Source: an uncultured Spirochaetaceae bacterium
GTDB lineage: Bacteria; Spirochaetota; Spirochaetia; SZUA-6; DRHE01
Direction of reading: 5' to 3'
NCBI GenBank assembly: GCA_964520025.1
Contig: CAZFMD010000003.1
Span: forward strand, 1 to 41,737
DNA: 41,737 nucleotides
The notes beneath the pieces were generated by a model. That model saw only the letters and a list, made by a program, of their open reading frames with translations, ran no database searches and was not told the origin of the DNA. Numbering within the stretch: position 1 is the first letter of the stretch; every line of letters begins with the position of its first letter. This document shows, piece after piece, positions 7,697-16,606 of this stretch. The position numbers were made by a program, and so were the translations under genes.

Positions 7697-8347
7697 TTAA
7701 TCAACCCTCGGCGCTGCTTGCTTCTTCGCCCGGATAACCACAAAACCCCCTCGCCCATAGCCGCTTTCGAAATCCTGGGCACAGCGGATCTCTTGCATCT
7801 GTCCGAACACGGTCTGGATGGTTTGCGGCTGTTCAAAGCCGTTTTGTTGCAGAAGGGAGATCACCTCGGATGCACCGTAGAATGTCGCATCCCGATAGAA
7901 GAGATTCTGCTGCTTGCGCTGCTGGTACAGCATGCCAAGAGAGCTGTCCCTGTCCACGAAGCCGATCACGAAAATCCCTTCTGCTCTGAGCACCCTCCCG
8001 GCTTCCTGAAGGGATCTGGCCGCATCATCGACGAAGCAGATCGTGGTTACCATGAGGGCGAAGTCGAAACGGGAATCGGGAAAGGGCAGGTTCTCCGCTA
8101 CGCCGTCGGCCACGCGGATTCCCCGAGACCCGGCCAGGAGGCGCATTCGCGGGGAGGGTTCCACTCCGAACTTGATGCCGAGAGGCTCGGCGAACTTTGC
8201 GCTTCCTACTCCAATTTCAAGACCCTCGGCGTTCGTGGGAATAAAGTGGGCCACGGCTTTGAGCTCGGAGCTATAGACGTAGGGATTGCGGGAAAACCAT
8301 TCCTCGTATTCTTCGGCGTACTTGTCGAAAGGTTCGGTTCTGGCCAT
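7697..8347 (-). CDS. Class I SAM-dependent methyltransferase
   Basis: Motif I LEIGVGSAKF. Methyltransf_11-like FDFALMVTTICFVDD. 216 aa. Lies 3 nt downstream of the RACo-like gene. Confidence 0.8.
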   Translation of the reverse strand: MARTEPFDKYAEEYEEWFSRNPYVYSSELKAVAHFIPTNAEGLEIGVGSAKFAEPLGIKFGVEPSPRMRLLAGSRGIRVADGVAENLPFPDSRFDFALMVTTICFVDDAARSLQEAGRVLRAEGIFVIGFVDRDSSLGMLYQQRKQQNLFYRDATFYGASEVISLLQQNGFEQPQTIQTVFGQMQEIRCAQDFESGYGRGGFVVIRAKKQAAPRVD

Positions 8348-8350
8348 CTG

Positions 8351-9973
8351 TCACTCGAAATAGATGTTGTCGGCCACCAGGTACTGAAATTGCTGTCCTT
8401 CTATTTCATTCGGTTTCAGGTGGGTGAGTATTCCCTTGAGATTTTCCGCATCCCCTCTCTTCTGCTTCGAGCAGAGCATGACTCTGGCGCCGGCCAGGGC
8501 GCCGTTTCCGAAACGAACGATACGATCTTTTTCGATTTGGGGCAGCAGACCGATGGCCCTCGCATTGTCGATATCCATGAAATTCCCGAAGGCCCCGGCC
8601 AGATAAACCCGCTGGAGCTGCTCCGGTTGAATCCCGTAGTAGCGGATCAGCAGGTCCTGATCGGTGCGCAGCCCCGCTTTGGCGATGATCAGCTGATTGA
8701 TGTCCTCCTGGGTGATGCAGAGGCTGTCGGAGAAGCAGTAATCCTTGCCGATACGCGCCCGCCGGTCCATGATGCCGTTTTTCAGCAACTCGGCCAGCAG
8801 GTCAATGACTCCCGAACCGCATACTCCGACCGCATGCTTGTCGCCCAGGGTCTGGTAGCGTGCCCGACCCTCCTCGATCTTGAAACGCGTGATCGCCCCT
8901 TCGATGGCTCCGACCCCGCAGCGTATCTGGTATCCCTCGTAGGCGCCGCCCGCTGCGCAGGAGGCTGTCAACATCTTCTCTCGGTTACCGATCACCACCT
9001 CGCCATTTGTGCCGATATCGATGATCATACCGACATCTTCGCCTTCATAGAGCCCGGTAGCGATAATGTCGGCCAGGCAGTCTGAACCGGCGTGCCCGCC
9101 GATCAGCGGAGGGCTGTACACCAGCGCCTTCGGGTGTATGTTGAGTCCGATATCTGAGGCCGTTGACATGAGCGCGGAGAGATCTGCGGCTTCGAAGGGG
9201 ATGAAGCCGAGGCTGCGTACATCTGTGCCGAATACAAGATCCCGCATGGTGCTGTTGCCCACAATCACCGCTTCGTAGATGCGCCCGCTTGTTCCCTGTT
9301 GCGAGGGCAGCAACTTTTCCCACTCGCAGAGGGACTGGTTGATCCCCTCGATGACCGCCTCCTGAAGCTCTTTCAGTCCGCCCGGGTGGTCGATGGTGTA
9401 GCCGATGCGGGAAATCACCTCGTTTCCGTAGGCGATTTGCGGATTCTTGCTGGCCATGGCCTGTCCCACGTTTTCGCCTTTCTCCAGATCCACCACCTGG
9501 AGCGCCAGCGTTGTGGTGCCCACGTCTACGGCCAGCCCGTAGATGCCGCCTCCGTAGGGTCCCAGATCCCGGCCGTCTTCAGCAATCACCCGGTTGCCGA
9601 CACGCCGCACCGCAGGATCCAGGTCCACCTCGGTTTGGGCATAATCGGATAGAACTGTGTACCTGCCGAAATTCGGGATGTACACGGTGATGTCCTGTCG
9701 GCAATCGGTGACCTTGGCCTGGCAGGCCAGGCGCTGCCCAAGCTCGATCTTGCTCGGGTTCAGCAGACGGCGTTCTGCGGGGGTCACCGGGCTGAGGGAG
9801 CTCGCACCCCGTTCCAAACGGATGATATCCCGACCGCACTCGCCCCGCCCCTCGCACTCGGAGTCTATCTCCACCCCCCCGATTCGACGGATGTGCTGTA
9901 AGACTGTCTGCCCCGGCTGTAGCTCGACTCCGCCTCGGCCCCGGGCGTATTGGGGAAAGTACATCTTAGCCAT
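8351..9973 (-). CDS. RACo-like corrinoid activation protein (N-terminal 2Fe-2S ferredoxin + ASKHA/DUF4445 ATPase)
   Basis: ATG 9973 lies 5 nt after GGAGG. N-terminal Cys cluster SECEGRGECGRD...LACQAKV. Large ASKHA-like body (GLAVDVGTTT, IIDIGTNGE). The tracked ORF extends to 10057, but that extension has no RBS. Confidence 0.7.
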   Translation of the reverse strand: MAKMYFPQYARGRGGVELQPGQTVLQHIRRIGGVEIDSECEGRGECGRDIIRLERGASSLSPVTPAERRLLNPSKIELGQRLACQAKVTDCRQDITVYIPNFGRYTVLSDYAQTEVDLDPAVRRVGNRVIAEDGRDLGPYGGGIYGLAVDVGTTTLALQVVDLEKGENVGQAMASKNPQIAYGNEVISRIGYTIDHPGGLKELQEAVIEGINQSLCEWEKLLPSQQGTSGRIYEAVIVGNSTMRDLVFGTDVRSLGFIPFEAADLSALMSTASDIGLNIHPKALVYSPPLIGGHAGSDCLADIIATGLYEGEDVGMIIDIGTNGEVVIGNREKMLTASCAAGGAYEGYQIRCGVGAIEGAITRFKIEEGRARYQTLGDKHAVGVCGSGVIDLLAELLKNGIMDRRARIGKDYCFSDSLCITQEDINQLIIAKAGLRTDQDLLIRYYGIQPEQLQRVYLAGAFGNFMDIDNARAIGLLPQIEKDRIVRFGNGALAGARVMLCSKQKRGDAENLKGILTHLKPNEIEGQQFQYLVADNIYFE

Positions 9974-10004
9974 GGTAGCCTCCACTGCTGTTCTCCTGAA
10001 ATCC

Positions 10005-10021
10005 ATGCAAAACGCATGCCC
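10005..10021 (-). promoter_or_regulatory. Sigma-54 (-24/-12) promoter GGGCATGCGTTTTGCAT
   Basis: The minus-strand reading matches TGGCAC-N5-TTGCA, with GG and GC at the correct spacing. It sits about 30 nt upstream of ATG 9973. Confidence 0.6.
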
Positions 10022-10111
10022 TATGCAGCATCCGAGGTCTGTTCCTCTATAATTCATGGTGTCAGCTGGATTTGTTTCGCAATCCCGTTTGCGGGTCTGT
10101 TCTGCAGGTTA

Positions 10112-10140
10112 TTGCAATATGCAACAGTATAGGGTAGAAT
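10112..10140 (+). promoter_or_regulatory. Dyad TTGCA-ATA-TGCAA (10112-10124) overlapping the -35 of a TTGCAA-N17-TAGAAT promoter for the activator gene; candidate UAS/autoregulatory site
   Basis: Read directly. About 100 bp from the divergent sigma-54 promoter, the usual enhancer distance. Confidence 0.45.
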
Positions 10141-10192
10141 AACATGCGAAATGCACGGTTAGTAGATTATGGACAGGTAGAGGGCCGAGGCC

Positions 10193-11539
10193 ATGGAAAG
10201 CAGGCAGAGCGTTATTCTGGATTCGATCAACGAGGGGGTATTCACCGTTGATCTGGATTGGCATATTACGAGCTTCAACCAGGCTGCTGAGCGGATTACC
10301 GGAATCGGCCGAAAGCAGGCCCTGGGCCGGCTCTGTTCGGAGATCCTCCGGGCCGACGTGTGCGAGAAGGACTGTGCGTTGAAGCGTACCTTCAGTCAGG
10401 GAGTTCCGGTGGTCAATGCCACCGCCAGCATCGTCAACCATCTGGGTAAACGCATCCCGGTTCGTCTTGCCACCGCCCTTGTCAGCGACGAGCGCGGGCG
10501 GGTTATCGGTGGGGTGGAGACCTTCCAGGATCTCAGCCAGGTCGAGCAGCTTCAGAAGGAACTGCAGGAACGCTACACCTTCGAGGATATCGTGGGCCAC
10601 AGCCCGGCCATGAGGAAACTCTTCGACGTGGTTCCCCAGATCGCCGAAAGCTCCAGTACCGTTCTGATAGAGGGGGCCAGCGGCACGGGCAAGGAGCTGT
10701 TCGCCCGGGCGATACATCATCTCTCGCCACGGGAAAACGGCAGATTCGTGGTTGTCAATTGCGCCGCGCTGCCGGATACTCTTCTGGAGAGCGAGCTCTT
10801 CGGCCACAAGGCCGGGGCATTCACCGACGCCCGCCATGACAAGCCCGGTCGTTTCGCCCTTGCCGACGGGGGAACGATCTTCCTCGACGAGATCGGAGAT
10901 ATCTCTCCGGCCATGCAGGTTCGCCTTCTGCGGGTACTTCAGGACCGGATCGTCGAACCCCTCGGTTCAGTCGAGCCTGTCAAGGTGGATGTCCGCGTTG
11001 TGGCCGCTACCAACAAGGACCTGGTTCGCCTGGTGCGGGAGGGCCGGTTTCGCGATGACCTGTACTACCGAATCCGGGTCATCCACCTCGAGATACCCGA
11101 ACTCAGGCAACGGCGGGAGGACATCCCCCTGCTGATCGATCACCTGGTGGCCAAGTTCACCCACCTCCAGGGCAAGGAGATTCTCGGGGTTTCGGATGAG
11201 GTCATGAGCCGATTGATGGAGTACGAGTATCCGGGAAACGTACGGGAGTTGGAAAACATAATCGAACAGGCCTTCGTGCTCTGCCGGGGCGGACGGATCG
11301 AGCTGCACCATCTACCCCCGGAATTGCGGCCCTACGGCACGATCGGCGTAGACCATGCACGGCCCACTTCCCTCAAGGCCATGGAAAAGCACCTGATCGG
11401 TGAAGCGCTGCGGCGTGTTCGCGGGAACCGAGGCCGCGCCGCGCGGGAGCTGGGAATCGATCCCAGCACGCTCTATCGAAAGATAAAAGCTCTGGGGCTG
11501 GATGTTCCGGAAGGCGACGGCCGCAGCTGCAGGGGATGA
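10193..11539 (+). CDS. Sigma-54-dependent transcriptional activator (PAS - AAA+ - Fis-type HTH)
   Basis: PAS-like N-terminus (ILDSINEGVFTVDLDWHITSFNQAAERITG). Walker A GASGTGKE. GAFTDA (GAFTGA variant). ESELFGH. C-terminal HTH RAARELGIDPSTLYRKIK. Confidence 0.9.
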   Translation: MESRQSVILDSINEGVFTVDLDWHITSFNQAAERITGIGRKQALGRLCSEILRADVCEKDCALKRTFSQGVPVVNATASIVNHLGKRIPVRLATALVSDERGRVIGGVETFQDLSQVEQLQKELQERYTFEDIVGHSPAMRKLFDVVPQIAESSSTVLIEGASGTGKELFARAIHHLSPRENGRFVVVNCAALPDTLLESELFGHKAGAFTDARHDKPGRFALADGGTIFLDEIGDISPAMQVRLLRVLQDRIVEPLGSVEPVKVDVRVVAATNKDLVRLVREGRFRDDLYYRIRVIHLEIPELRQRREDIPLLIDHLVAKFTHLQGKEILGVSDEVMSRLMEYEYPGNVRELENIIEQAFVLCRGGRIELHHLPPELRPYGTIGVDHARPTSLKAMEKHLIGEALRRVRGNRGRAARELGIDPSTLYRKIKALGLDVPEGDGRSCRG

Positions 11540-11599
11540 ACGCGCCCGCCGGAGCAAGGTTCAGACCCGGCCATGCCCCTCTACCTTCCAGTTTGATAC

Positions 11600-12118
11600 T
11601 CAGGGGCTGTCAAGCTCGGAGTCGAGTCTTGCCCGGTACTCCCGGAACAGCTTCCGGCAGATTCTGGCTTCCGGCCCCTGGTTTAGGAAGCGTTTGAAAT
11701 CACCCGATAGTTGAGTCCCGTCCGCGGAGGGCTTCTCGACGAATGCCAGGAAACATACGAAACGCTCGATCACCTTCTGATCCACGGCGTGTTCGAACTC
11801 ACAGGCGACGCGCTCCGATCTCTCCGGGCTCAAGGCGAGCACGCTCTGCAGGAAATGGCTGATGATGTAATGATTCAAGACGATGGTTGCCGCTTTTTCC
11901 CGTCCCTCTGGGGTGAGCAGGATGAACTCGTAGGGCTCATACTCGACCAGATTCTTGCCCGCCAGGCTCTTCAGAGCGGCGCTTACCGTGGATTTGGACA
12001 CGCCCATGGTTTGAGCAATATCCCGCACCCGAGCGGTTCGTTTTGCCTTTTCCAGGCGGTAGATCGCTTCCAGGTAATCTTCTAGGGTTGAACTCAGTTT
12101 CTCTTCCATATTCCGCAC
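11600..12118 (-). CDS. DtxR/MntR-family metal-dependent transcriptional regulator
   Basis: LEDYLEAIYRLEK...ARVRDIAQTMGVSKSTVSAALKSLAGKNLVEYEPY is the DtxR winged-HTH signature. The first codon is GTG 12118; ATG 12109 is an alternative. Confidence 0.8.
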   Translation of the reverse strand: MRNMEEKLSSTLEDYLEAIYRLEKAKRTARVRDIAQTMGVSKSTVSAALKSLAGKNLVEYEPYEFILLTPEGREKAATIVLNHYIISHFLQSVLALSPERSERVACEFEHAVDQKVIERFVCFLAFVEKPSADGTQLSGDFKRFLNQGPEARICRKLFREYRARLDSELDSP

Positions 12119-12188
12119 TTCCTATCGCAACTTCCGGCGAGGCTGCGTCGGCCGCCTGATCCTCACTACAGGTTCTGCGGCAACCACG

Positions 12189-12908
12189 CTATCCCGACTT
12201 TCTCCAGGAAATATCGGAACCCAATGTCCGGTATACCTGGGCGGCACATTCGCTCAACAGCGTTTTGAGACGGGTGAGAGAAATATTCTGGGGTCTTATG
12301 GGGATGCCCATCCAGTCAGAGAAATCGAGGAGTTTCTCCGGGTGCCTGGCGGAGTAATCATCCCAGAATCCCACAGGATCCAGAACCACCGCTCCTCCAG
12401 AATGCTGGGGGAAGGTCTCGTTGGCCTTGCCCTTGTCCCAGTCCTGGAACACGAGGTCCCGATGGATGATCCAACCCGGGGTCAACCAGAAAACCTTCTC
12501 TCCGTTTCTGATCCGCTCCCTCTGCTCTCTGTCGGCCAGCATGTCCACGCAGTGCGTTGCGTTGATCCGGGCGATATGTTTGCCCTGCTCCTCGATTACA
12601 TGGTCTATGGTGCGAGCAGGATCGTTCATATCGATAAAACAGAACTTGCCTCCGTACACGACGATGACCGCTTCGCTTTGGCTCTTGGCTCTGCCGATTC
12701 GCTCCACCAACTGCTGCTCCAGCTCCCTGGGAACCTCATGCCGCCCCGGTTTTGTGTACTCGATCCTTCTGGCGTTCAAGAAACCGCTTTTTTTCAACTG
12801 ATTCAGTTCCAGGCTCAGGGTGCCGCAGGCCACGATCGTGCAATGCTCGAAGGAAATTTCCGATTCTGTCGAGGTTTTCTGGCTCCTCCGGAACTTTACT
12901 TCATCCAT
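12189..12908 (-). CDS. DUF1638-like protein (family usually linked to corrinoid methyltransferase systems)
   Basis: 239 aa. IVACGTLSLELNQL and VIVVYGGKFC resemble the DUF1638 pattern as I recall it. The assignment is tentative. Confidence 0.5.
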   Translation of the reverse strand: MDEVKFRRSQKTSTESEISFEHCTIVACGTLSLELNQLKKSGFLNARRIEYTKPGRHEVPRELEQQLVERIGRAKSQSEAVIVVYGGKFCFIDMNDPARTIDHVIEEQGKHIARINATHCVDMLADREQRERIRNGEKVFWLTPGWIIHRDLVFQDWDKGKANETFPQHSGGAVVLDPVGFWDDYSARHPEKLLDFSDWMGIPIRPQNISLTRLKTLLSECAAQVYRTLGSDISWRKSG

Positions 12909-13061
12909 ACGAAGACCTCCATGGAAACCACTTGATCTTTGTTTTAATAACAGTATAATGTTTGAACCTTAGAACTTCAATCCCAGCTAATTAGATACAG
13001 AGAAAAGCAAGGTTTTTGGTAATATAAGCACTGGTAATATACGCAAAAGCAGAAAGACTGA

Positions 13062-14312
13062 ATGATGGCTTCCTTACGAACATTACTTTACCGAGCCGGG
13101 GCGTTTGTCCGGCGCCAGACCCGGAACTTCAAGATCATGCTCGTCCGTCGGGCTCTTCACGCCCTGGGCGTGAATTTGACAAATCAGTACAACTCGATTT
13201 ATGCGGTGGCTCTGGGAGCAGATCCGGTGCAACTTGGATCCGTGCTCAGCGTGGGCAACGCGGTCGCAGCCCTGGTCACCGTACCGGCCGGATGGCTGAT
13301 CGATCGCTACAGCCTCAAGAAGGTTCTCCTGGCCGGAACCCTGCTGCTTCTGCTCTCGGCGTTGTGCTACGCTCTTGCCCCCGGTTGGCGTCTGCTGTAT
13401 GCAGGAATCGGTTTTCTCTACATGGGCATGCGCATCACCTGCACCTCCTGTACAGTCATCGGAGCCAGAGAGCTGCGTAATGAGGAGAGGGCAACAGCCA
13501 GGGGTCTGTGCAGAACCCTCTCCTCCACCCTCAGCCTGCTCACCCCCTTGCTGGCAGCCTGGCTGGTCACGCTGTCAGGGGGAATCAATGTCGCCGGTAT
13601 TCGCCCGCTGTATTTCATCCAGCTTGCCTTCTTCGGTCTCATAATGGCGCTTCTGCTGCTGTTCGTCCGGGAACCGGAATCAGACACCGTGAGCAGGGGC
13701 AGGCTGCGGCTGTCCGACTTTTCCGAGATTTTCAGGGGCAGGCCGGTGCTGATCCGGGTTCTGGTAATGCTTGCCCTCATGGATATACCCTGGGCCATGG
13801 CTAAGCCCTACATGCCCCTTTTTGCCCATCAGATCAAAGGTGCTGCCGAGCTTCAGCTAGCCGGTATCGCCGTTACGATCAGTATCGCGCCCCTGCTATT
13901 CGCCCTGCCTCTGGGGAGGATGGCGGATCGTTACGGGCGGAAAAAACTGCTGTTCGCGATCGCCCCGATCGGCTATCTGTCCGCCGCGCTGCTGATCGGC
14001 TCTAGGGGTCCGATGATGCTGTTCATGGCCGGGCTGTGTTTCGGGTTCAACAGTATCGCTACGGCTCTGGGCTCAGCCATGGCTTCGGAAATCGTTCCAA
14101 AGGATCAGATGGGACGGTGGATCGGATTAGTAGGTTTGATTCGGGGCCTGGTCAGCGTGCCCGCGCCCCTGCTGGGCGGATTGATCTGGGAGCACATCGG
14201 TCCCCATTACGTATTCGTTTTCGTAGTGCTCGTGGATGCGGCACTGCGACTTCCACTGCTGGCTTCGATCCGGGAGACCCTCGATCTCGGCGTTGAAAAT
14301 AAATCCGCCTAG
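13062..14312 (+). CDS. MFS transporter
   Basis: 416 aa, about 12 hydrophobic helices. MFS loop motif GRMADRYGRKKLL. Confidence 0.8.
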   Translation: MMASLRTLLYRAGAFVRRQTRNFKIMLVRRALHALGVNLTNQYNSIYAVALGADPVQLGSVLSVGNAVAALVTVPAGWLIDRYSLKKVLLAGTLLLLLSALCYALAPGWRLLYAGIGFLYMGMRITCTSCTVIGARELRNEERATARGLCRTLSSTLSLLTPLLAAWLVTLSGGINVAGIRPLYFIQLAFFGLIMALLLLFVREPESDTVSRGRLRLSDFSEIFRGRPVLIRVLVMLALMDIPWAMAKPYMPLFAHQIKGAAELQLAGIAVTISIAPLLFALPLGRMADRYGRKKLLFAIAPIGYLSAALLIGSRGPMMLFMAGLCFGFNSIATALGSAMASEIVPKDQMGRWIGLVGLIRGLVSVPAPLLGGLIWEHIGPHYVFVFVVLVDAALRLPLLASIRETLDLGVENKSA

Positions 14313-14377
14313 CGAATCAGCGGGGCTACCCCCGGTGTTTCTACCAAAGGAAACCTTGATTCAGGCGGCGGAAACTA

Positions 14378-14390
14378 GTGCAAAATGCAA
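14378..14390. promoter_or_regulatory. Imperfect dyad GTGCA-AAA-TGCAA, candidate enhancer (UAS) for the downstream sigma-54 promoter
   Basis: 12 of 13 positions match the dyad at 10112-10124. About 125 bp upstream of the -24 element. Confidence 0.35.
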
Positions 14391-14509
14391 TGATATTCCC
14401 CGGCAGTGGAGAACAGAGGCAGCTTCGTCGATATCACCGCCTCTCGTAACTCTATAGCAGCTAAAGCTCTACTGCAAATCCCGCTTCCCACGGCTCGATC
14501 CGTTCGTGG

Positions 14510-14526
14510 TGGCACGGCGTTTGCAT
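14510..14526 (+). promoter_or_regulatory. Sigma-54 (-24/-12) promoter TGGCACGGCGTTTGCAT
   Basis: Exact match to the TGGCAC-N5-TTGCA consensus, about 88 nt upstream of GTG 14614. Confidence 0.7.
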
Positions 14527-14613
14527 CGGTATGTTCAGGACCAACGAGTTTATCCTTAAGGCACGCGGGCTCGGGCGTCTAAACAATTTCGACACTGAAA
14601 TGGAGGTGCATGC

Positions 14614-15633
14614 GTGAGGCGATGGCTCAAGCTCGATTTGAATGAGATGCCCTATTCCCCTCCGGAGAATCTCGTCAGAGCCGCTGAACAGGGCCTCAGG
14701 AGCTTGAATCGGTACGCGGATACGGACGCTCTACAACGACTCGCCGTTCTGCTGGCCCAGTATACCGGGGTAAGACGGGAGAAGATCGTGATCGCCCCGG
14801 GCTCGGATCTCCTGCTGCGGGAGATAGTGCTGTGCTTCGCCGGCAGGAGAAAGGTCGTGATGGCCAGCCCGACTTTTCTTCCCACCGCATCGGTGGCCAG
14901 GCGTTTCGCCCGCAAGTTCGTCAGCGTCCGGCTGAGCCGGCCGGAGTTCACCCTGGCACGCGAGCCTCTGCTGGAGGAACTGGAAGAGCCGAGCCTGGTG
15001 ATTCTCGACAACCCCAACAATCCGACCGGTAGGCTCGTTCTGGACAGAGAATTGGTAGAGCTCATTCTCGCTCGACCGGACACGCTCCTGGTCGTGGATG
15101 AGGCATACTTCGAGTTTTCCGGTTTGTCCTTCGCGGGCATGGTTGAAGCCCATGCCAATTTGGCATTGACCCGCACACTGGACAAGGCCTTCGGGCTGGC
15201 CGGCGTGCGGGTCGGCTATATGATAGCCGGAGAGGCATTCTTCGATACATTATGCCCTTCGATTGCCTTCCTGCCCCAGCCGAGCCTGCAGGCGGCCACC
15301 GAGGCGCTGCTGCATCCGGATTACATGTGGAAGAACGTTCAGCGCATCATGGAAGAGCGGGAGAAGTTGTCGAGAGAATTGGAGATCCTGGAAGCCCGGG
15401 TTTATCCGAGCAGCACCAATTTTCTGCTCCTCAGATCAAAGATACCGGATCTGGTCGAAGAGCTGACGGATCGGGGAATCCTCGTCATGGACGTTTCTCG
15501 CCAGCTCGGTGCCGGATTTATACGGTTGAGCGTGGGCACGCCGGATGAGAATGAGGAGTTCGTGAGGATATTTCGAGAAATAAAGCGGCAAGCGACAGGA
15601 CAGGAGAACACCTATGAATACAGTGCAGGATGA
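14614..15633 (+). CDS. Class I/II PLP-dependent aminotransferase (HisC / CobD-like)
   Basis: GTG lies 7 nt after GGAGG. DNPNNPTG, VVDEAYFEF, PLP-Lys context TLDKAFGLAGVRVGY. 339 aa. Confidence 0.8.
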   Translation: MRRWLKLDLNEMPYSPPENLVRAAEQGLRSLNRYADTDALQRLAVLLAQYTGVRREKIVIAPGSDLLLREIVLCFAGRRKVVMASPTFLPTASVARRFARKFVSVRLSRPEFTLAREPLLEELEEPSLVILDNPNNPTGRLVLDRELVELILARPDTLLVVDEAYFEFSGLSFAGMVEAHANLALTRTLDKAFGLAGVRVGYMIAGEAFFDTLCPSIAFLPQPSLQAATEALLHPDYMWKNVQRIMEEREKLSRELEILEARVYPSSTNFLLLRSKIPDLVEELTDRGILVMDVSRQLGAGFIRLSVGTPDENEEFVRIFREIKRQATGQENTYEYSAG

Positions 15634-16606
15634 TTCGGCAAAAAACAGAGAGACACCCATCAGGATTGCCTTCGGGCCGGTTCCCTCCAGGCGGCTGGGC
15701 CGCAGCCTGGGGATTAACAACATTCCCCACAAGGTGTGTCCTTACTCCTGCGTGTACTGCCAGGTGGGGCGTACCCTGCGCTTCCAGGTAGAGCCTTCCG
15801 CCTTCTACGCACCGGAGGCCGTTGTGCGCGCAGTTTCAGAAAAGGTCGCCGAATCCGAGATCACCGCCGATTATCTGACCTTCGTTCCTGATGGCGAGCC
15901 CACTCTTGATCTTCACATCGGAGAAGCGATTGAGCAGCTGAAGCCGTTGGGGACCAGGATCGCCGTGATTACAAACGCCACCCTTATCGAACGTGAGAAT
16001 GTGCGCGCGGCTCTACACAGCGCCGACTGGGTTTCTCTCAAGATAGATTCGGTGAGGGAAAATACGTGGAAAAAGGTCAACCGGCCCCATAGGCGTCTGC
16101 GCCTGCAGGGCATTCTCGAGGGGATGCTGGAGTTTCGCAACGGCTATGCGGGAACCTTGGTTACCGAAACCATGCTTATTGCAGGCCTCAACGACGGGGA
16201 CGATGAGCTCAATGAGATCGCTTCCTTCCTTGCCCGGCTCGCTCCTCATGCCTCCTACATATCCATTCCGACCCGGCCTCCGGCGGAGAGTTGGGTGCTT
16301 GCTCCGGGTGAACAGGCTGTGGCCAGGGCTCATCGGATCCTAGGCAGGGAGGTCGAACGGGTGGAGCATCTCATCGGCTACGAGGGCAACGCCTTCGCCT
16401 CTTCGGGAAATCCCGAGGAGGACCTGTTGAGTATAACCGCCGTCCACCCAATGCAGGAACAGGCCGTTGAGCAGCTGCTCGGCAGAACCGGGGCCGATTG
16501 GTCCGTGGTACAGAATCTGCTTGACAGCGGATTGCTAGTGCAGACGGCCTACGACGGCAAGAAATTCTTCCTCCGAGCATTTGCGAGAAAGCAAGCCTCT
16601 GCATGA
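15614..16606 (+). CDS. Radical SAM protein (COG0731-like)
   Basis: CX3CX2C motif CPYSCVYC preceded by GPVPSRRLGRSLGIN. AGGAGA RBS. 20-nt overlap with the upstream gene. Confidence 0.8.
   Translation: MNTVQDDSAKNRETPIRIAFGPVPSRRLGRSLGINNIPHKVCPYSCVYCQVGRTLRFQVEPSAFYAPEAVVRAVSEKVAESEITADYLTFVPDGEPTLDLHIGEAIEQLKPLGTRIAVITNATLIERENVRAALHSADWVSLKIDSVRENTWKKVNRPHRRLRLQGILEGMLEFRNGYAGTLVTETMLIAGLNDGDDELNEIASFLARLAPHASYISIPTRPPAESWVLAPGEQAVARAHRILGREVERVEHLIGYEGNAFASSGNPEEDLLSITAVHPMQEQAVEQLLGRTGADWSVVQNLLDSGLLVQTAYDGKKFFLRAFARKQASA

Noticed and set aside
7514-9085. 523-aa plus-strand ORF spanning the methyltransferase and RACo-like genes
   Set aside because: It is antisense to two well-supported minus-strand genes. 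The translation is Gly/Arg/Pro/Leu-rich with no motifs. This is a typical shadow ORF in high-GC DNA.
10109-10837. 242-aa minus-strand ORF opposite the sigma-54 activator gene (and 16735..17499 opposite the pyridoxal kinase gene)
   Set aside because: These are antisense to genes with strong Walker/GAFTGA-type or kinase motifs. They are shadow ORFs.
12281-12295. AGAGAAATATTCTGG, resembling the GAGAATATTCTC operator
   Set aside because: The sequence is off by one base, so it is not a true dyad, and it lies inside the DUF1638-like coding region. I treat it as chance.
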